Below, one piece after another: positions 44,601 through 45,637 of a DNA stretch of 45,637 bases. The position numbers were made by a program, and so were the translations under genes. Source of the DNA: Christensenella sp. UBA3798 (lineage in GTDB: Bacteria; Bacillota; Clostridia; Christensenellales; CAG-1252). Below the pieces are notes generated by a model, which was given only the letters and a program-made list of their open reading frames with translations, had not been told where the DNA came from and did not search any database. The stretch covers positions 1 through 45,637 of the forward strand of contig DFEQ01000006.1 in the NCBI GenBank assembly GCA_002368735.1, read 5' to 3'. Each line of letters opens with the position of its first letter. Within the stretch, counting starts at the first letter, position 1.

Positions 44601-45637
44601 GCTCGTCAAGGTGGTGGGCGAGGTCTTCGGCGGCACGGACAGCGCCATCGGCTACACCAAGGCGAAGGATCCCACAAAAGTGCACAACGTGTGGGTGTAT
44701 TCCGATAAGTCAGAGAACGTATCTTCCGCCGCGTGTGTGAACAGCATGACCTTCGACTCCGAATGGGCTATCTCCTGCCCGACGGCGGCAGAGGTCACGG
44801 CGGGTAAGATATCCTTCAGTCGCGATATCACCTCTCTTGACGACTCGATAGCCCTCTTTGCGGGCGTCACGGCAGATGGCAGTTACGACGTGGGCAGCGG
44901 CGCGGCGATGGATAACGTCGTGTATGGTACGGTCGGCGACAACGCCTATATCACCTATGTCACTTACGACGTCGTGGCGGAAAACGCCGTCTCGCGCATG
45001 ATCTCGGACGTTCGCGTGCGTTTGGTGACGAGGTCGGCTATCGGTAGCGGCAGCGAGCTGTATGCCTTTGCTCTTGCCTTGAACAGCGGGGTGTATCACC
45101 TTGCGGACGCCACCTTTACCTTGACCGCGGACATCACCCTCCCCGAGAGGGCGTTCCCCGCGATGCTGATCCCCGCATCCCTCACTTTTGACGGCGGACA
45201 TCACGTCGTCACGGTGGGAGGCGCCACCTTGACGGATGGCTTTGTAGCAGAAAACAACGGCATTATCCAAAAGCTGGGTCTCCGCCTCACCAAAGCGGAA
45301 ACGGCGGCATACCTTATAAAACTCAATAACGGCAACGTCAATAACGCGGCTATCTATTTAGAGAAGGGCGCAAGCCTCGCGGGCGAATTATTCACCCTCA
45401 CGAATAACGGCGTTTCCGATAACCTGTGGGTCGTGGCAAGGGAGCAGGTGACGACCACCTATCCCACCATCCGCATCAACGGCGTAGGCACCCTCACGCA
45501 GGGCGGCGACAACGGCTTGACCTTCAGCGCCGACCCCGCCGACGATATCATCTTTATCGGTTACACGAATAAGGGGGTGGGCGGCAGGAGCATCTTCTCA
45601 GCCGATGCGCTCTTTGATACGGCGGGCGGCTACGTTA
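32533..45637 (+). CDS. Second giant surface protein, more than 4,368 aa, 3'-partial: signal anchor plus GLUG-motif beta-helix modules
   Basis: The frame of ATG 32533 stays open to the window edge. My hand translations at 33001, 36001, 39001, 42001 and 45001 are all in this frame and all give the same repeat type. The ORF track lists no + strand ORF in this frame, which is expected if no stop codon is reached. The N-terminus is MTVTQRRTKWKAGLIIALAAIILLTLLAVSLSIATDH. GLUG-like rungs include YVGGIVGKNYGTLS, VGGLVGVNHRIVKN, AGGLVGANDGTIER and VGGIVGANHGTVSD. Confidence 0.9.
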   Translation, partial: MTVTQRRTKWKAGLIIALAAIILLTLLAVSLSIATDHSATAEEEKITFGDRVAKGQRYELVSGSVSNLEDYAPGEDGLISTAGQLYYIFFSENATGSYTLTTNFKINYLGWAISGPTLRGNLNGAGYEIWNAAVPANNESVPTNTKDYVGGLAGEISKDKKVENLYYYFTGSITAKKVAAASYLAVGGMVGVNNGKINSCYINVAGDIETEADTAEMTSYVGGVVGYMAAGQIYQCPYVVSSASVNAYTDKETGSSTAKHNIVYAGGIVGKLDGGNVSKCTIKAAGATMAADNTDKWEEENIVGTILDILGNITGYKIELKTAYNDAQHVHPAGVVFGGLGNGGEISYNVVEASGGAISYGTGGASNVGSIAGGFIGEIKGAGTVQSNSVKLKCSLSAFIVQDFSLTDTVASWFAERDLDIYVGGVVGRYNGGSPNISNNYFAVETDDDIIESAYGTKGDLGYECNTGLICGNSDLMGKLGANNWLARNLSESDTGRIAGNKTPSSNTNLHHLVIFGDGEVKVKGTMTDSTMNVEVKPICSPFYAWMTADELLTGSISSESKKKTKTLTQSESNVLFAVFIDTEIESSGELTQLARDINQIKLKVYQNIGSGVNDSDGNLLMSFSGVSTPTLSWLNVTLKKDILVRDGTPVIEDFYGTFNGNGHTISFAAGSSISHEFEKDPDKKDEYSKEDDPNADITDFKEYTTGLFGVIKSGARVTDLKIVFGGAIDESGGITYRALKDASDKVKAKRKHKIEGDSREADANSVFNNSFAMADFSFPAYSTFDEAYFYGLKGDDYDAGRAYNPGYIEVVPYTVDIVVETFYVGILAGKNEGTIQNVEVEATKSAFVTCAADNSVFGTLCGLNVGQINNVKVTLTGKATISGRTSAVAGGMIGVSQAVSGAQFNGLNAYVSGEIKLESLYNFHAVNITMYKHAKLKDGSSEDDGYGVIGWDSTNDSQDKAVDIFEVKELMGTSSYRLYGNDHTVVEQSIGTLVGRYDANQATFNNVAAVSGSKGTFNTTIYQTDSTSSNVGAMVGSLTTSKPTFNNSWAVMSYDEYAKEDASLRRRPIATEDVNVETGINVVYVQKTVAIAEVDISSSTPVSFTLASQEGMVFSGWYDYTSGERSVITEGLVGNRFTPQNQVLSNRIFVAELLNLQFFTAEDLNVLSASTGEGRGYQGVTFTLGTNIAVSGFTPIGTTDRPFLGSLDGNGLTITVESNRAGLDYVGLFGCVGSTGTIKNLTVRVTGALGNASTLYGGAVAAVNYGVIGQDTSTGKVIAEIDGWISANTVGGLVGVNHRIVKNAEVYFRYATEYDYGKIEATTAGSGKVYAGGAIGYNEYENEAVIAKNIIVYYDNTDVNSPIISTKANYAAGGVLGENGNGAAAYSLVSVFNHATIFGGDFTGSNGEQSQYRGLIVGHNASKNNTDSLWALCLSKSKTSDVYYDPALGAPLAVYQGSDENVTTGQAVLMSGEDHGSANILIKYGWGDVTVTINGAESVKGGQITFLASKLPVQDKNGDDIPEVKRVAFYDYVASFEHGTRVPVSEGNTGFTFSPTVGGANGAGLSGKVYYAGFCNTTIASQEDYIAVAENIAGDYRLYVEYNINNNFTIDENSTAAIGMAEKPFVGCINGNAYTVTMSSSSTLHPFVGVLGAEGDARHSSRIKNLFIDVRSGNSSVTTGDVARGILTDVNYGTISGVNIALHGYLKTGGSAGAVAGINYGKIESAVVTVEYAKAFGRNGFGAIVGKNAGGIAGENYGEIGGSMANSIEVTVSREGSYFGVLYASESVGAIAGVNKTGGVVRSAFVSVSGTIAGKYASALVGTNEGRIESAFVNVEAKAAYAGSEAFGAIAGVNRGLVGYEEVNYDSYQKDVLAFIYAAPTEWRTNTNVDLTITVGSESETVTVCTIPAMATAAMGGVIGINEVDGVVNAVIAETHALIALATFDAEEEVVSYVGGIVGKNYGTLSCSTLTTAAGSAIHADIAGGVAALNEGYIDRVIVTLRGAVGKESTIYAGGVVGKNIGAVSNTAVALYEDVYGTYVGLAAGDTTASCATNTWVQICNSSLSKVVGTNVEETGFNVIRVLNETLLSVSLNERMGRFSFTSSISGVKNWYTDISAWTENEGYLKTMTNRSVYVSDGMETNVTYYVCYDDLLITDYTSFNALATKINSHSYYNNVLFRLDGDIVVDAGKVLRPIGTEDHPFNAIFDGALYTITMEKDSSISGQEYTGLFGYTAPNSVIKSFVFIVEEGASIGSVNSNVIGSLVGYNQGVIENVFVNLSINLTYKSDKRSAGEIIGEQASDAPNVRNVWISVLNGKDRVVGNMTTSQFGVNQLGVLGNGMTTAEIYTGEGKLSDLRKRYLAGESPELSVRYKAVKGFSSFDNGWYKDITKEAGFNSANLTGIGSFVGNSDNDDIRMVTDPDAVNCSVTLSFIKLGIKTAADFAEFAENIKNYGDQGAVFRLEADIIVSYPSVIAVGTPDRPFTGTFDGQGHTITVTGKAIKRAYAGVFGYVGTGGTIRNLLIETGENVRFGDNDALYSGVAVALLYGSIKNVVVRVHADTVVYTTQGTPSSGGIVGRAGKLAEDGSVFYDYTIDNCWLILEENATVTEPMGRQEGEAYPAFYELNGVGRKMRMVGSIYLEDDPLETNPFNKGALRVSITADGAILFDTTEVDSAFYGFIDNTTTEEDMIKPISDVATSLYRWTVREGGVYGSTASPKVASNDMLCVIINKYISTVDDFLMISENVRLGRNYRGIEYQLANDLIITAADLENGVYQPIGGEVKVQSGAGFDSYIERNFIGSFSGNKHTITLAADVVIDARYAGLFGRVGEGARIRDLIIKAYCPIGRDSADNTTRTIYAGVLAGYAFGGSYNNIAIVLDTNASLFGSVGTGRAFGYLDVEGDVAKNSWVISYNSKANYELGESELSYNNGGEGIDQGGFNSLMVIAAGVVNVRFNQNDSNFNFTYSVPNTSENSQEVVAPYWYDRYRNSESNKDDYFHSRTDKTGDWDDTFNAMVNDTEVYGYYPDGNEKRRLYNVSFLNSRIESADDLMKYAANVNAGYDFYMLTFTLENDIAIDNGFKAIGTALNGMNGTFDGNKHTITLPKDISVEGEYAGIFGYVAADGAIVDLRIVVEGTLGKSDYTQDDIDALKVKNTRYAGAIAYNNGALSNVIVISKGARLNALTTASVQGVKGLAIGYDATNLLENVWALVDASSYVDAIGVCAVGDTRVNVMTVIGIGVIDANFASDSYKVKFTNELLHYDSEDAGVHIPVMGWYKSFEKNQQISKAMLSSGDEEKSGDLSNGEEGYLLAPIDYTGVHYEVAVIKTTLTQVADLMAIAEDVNVGGYTFENITFNLGATITLSSESYFMPIGNAEHRFKGTFSGKAEDSYHTIRISDTCVSEFVSQGIFGVSAGTVTDLGVEVYGTVGRASGSVDNIYGAVVNVNYGTVKRSYVDVKAGGIVTGYTVGGIVGANHGTVSDCLAFVREGGTVRATTKLRNVVNAGAMVGINYGTVEGATDFTYWGKDGRDLLPKDDGRIAKAGNGAEANVFIYGTVSARSAAEVSAPTNAGGAVGYHSEGYMNYLIVYLADQGEVTSEATGAGSTRAGGFVGYAKAAMNHSVTFLFGSVVAEEYLGGTAGYLDGVIAMNVWQVTLNREVEGAGEGAKTVNYLNIKGNGKVMAGIDLFTKRIIFTNVTDDEGTDLDYWYTAASVQVDDKTGNVGENGNTFLPLNTIQNKHVMVIFVNTRIYSVADLNDMASSVSGGLSGSAIVFTLMNDVTVEAGELTALIGTEEYPFNNVFDGGGYTITLKGGSLVGTDYTALFGYSGATAVIRDLTVEAEAGDYGSVSSQKTAILTAVNEGTVSGVNVTLKQGAALLGQTVGAVTATNFGVVKDIVLTVEGSVTASAENTAIAGGLVGANDGTIERVSASVGATSMVKAMGAATSYAGVIVGENYKTISVVDVLFRGELLASGSMVSYSGTLAGINLGNVYRVYADVTGAVFGANDKDRSGGLIGNNVNALTTSLVKVVGEVFGGTDSAIGYTKAKDPTKVHNVWVYSDKSENVSSAACVNSMTFDSEWAISCPTAAEVTAGKISFSRDITSLDDSIALFAGVTADGSYDVGSGAAMDNVVYGTVGDNAYITYVTYDVVAENAVSRMISDVRVRLVTRSAIGSGSELYAFALALNSGVYHLADATFTLTADITLPERAFPAMLIPASLTFDGGHHVVTVGGATLTDGFVAENNGIIQKLGLRLTKAETAAYLIKLNNGNVNNAAIYLEKGASLAGELFTLTNNGVSDNLWVVAREQVTTTYPTIRINGVGTLTQGGDNGLTFSADPADDIIFIGYTNKGVGGRSIFSADALFDTAGGYV
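34495..45216 (+). repeat. At least 10 module-head cassettes ([IV]..a.dL..[fl]a..vn......f.L..DI......PIG....F.G.FDG.GHTI....Y.GLFG.....I..L.V)
   Basis: FDGNGHTI-type cores are at nt 34495, 36139, 37405, 39136, 39976, 40921, 41797, 42661, 43912 and 45181, giving spacings of 280-577 aa. An example is IKTAADFAEFAENIKNYGDQGAVFRLEADIIVSYPSVIAVGTPDRPFTGTFDGQGHTITVTGKAIKRAYAGVFGYVGTGGTIRNLLIE. Confidence 0.8.

Noticed and set aside
1-45637. Search for tRNA, rRNA, CRISPR arrays, IS elements, integrases, phage genes, defence systems, a DGR (reverse transcriptase plus template repeat), inteins, and LPXTG, SLH or CW-binding anchors.
   Set aside because: None was seen. There are no long identical DNA repeats or spacer arrays and no ORFs outside the three CDSs. 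No RT or template copy of the C-terminal region is present. There is no intein-like C...HN[CST] block and no C-terminal sorting signals.

Overview
About 97% of this 45.6-kb window is two co-directional giant genes on the + strand. A short 5' region precedes them (nt 1-1338). It holds the terminator of an upstream gene, an intergenic segment with three direct repeats and a weak second hairpin, and a 280-aa putative lipoprotein gene (299..1141) with its own promoter and terminator.

The first giant gene is one uninterrupted 31,119-nt ORF (1339..32457, 10,372 aa) with a lipoprotein-type signal peptide.
- Its first ~7,600 residues are about 21 diverged copies of a beta-rich module I do not recognise. 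The base period is about 255-290 aa.
- Module junctions are either acidic SAAE-type linkers or dense cysteine knots. The largest knot is a 7.5-unit tandem array of a ~33-aa, 8-Cys repeat.
- The last ~2,500 residues are about 20 tandem Ig-like repeats of Big_4 flavour with a GYQ signature. They end in MBG-like segments and a Listeria-Bacteroides (Flg_new)-like repeat.
- There is no C-terminal anchor.

The second giant ORF starts 75 nt downstream, with no intervening terminator (32533..>45637, more than 4,368 aa, runs off the window). It has an N-terminal signal anchor and at least 10 head cassettes of the PIG..F.G.FDGNGHTI..GLFG type, each followed by many GLUG-like (GG[LIV]VG.N.G.I) beta-helix rungs.

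I see no tRNA, rRNA, CRISPR array, transposase or integrase, and no recognisable enzyme, transporter or regulator. All long minus-strand ORFs in the track are codon-aligned shadow frames of these GC3-rich genes.

SD-type ribosome binding sites, intrinsic terminators, lipoprotein signals and the domain repertoire suggest a Gram-positive (Clostridia-like) host of moderately high GC. This is an inference only. All domain names are motif recognition from memory; no database search was run.
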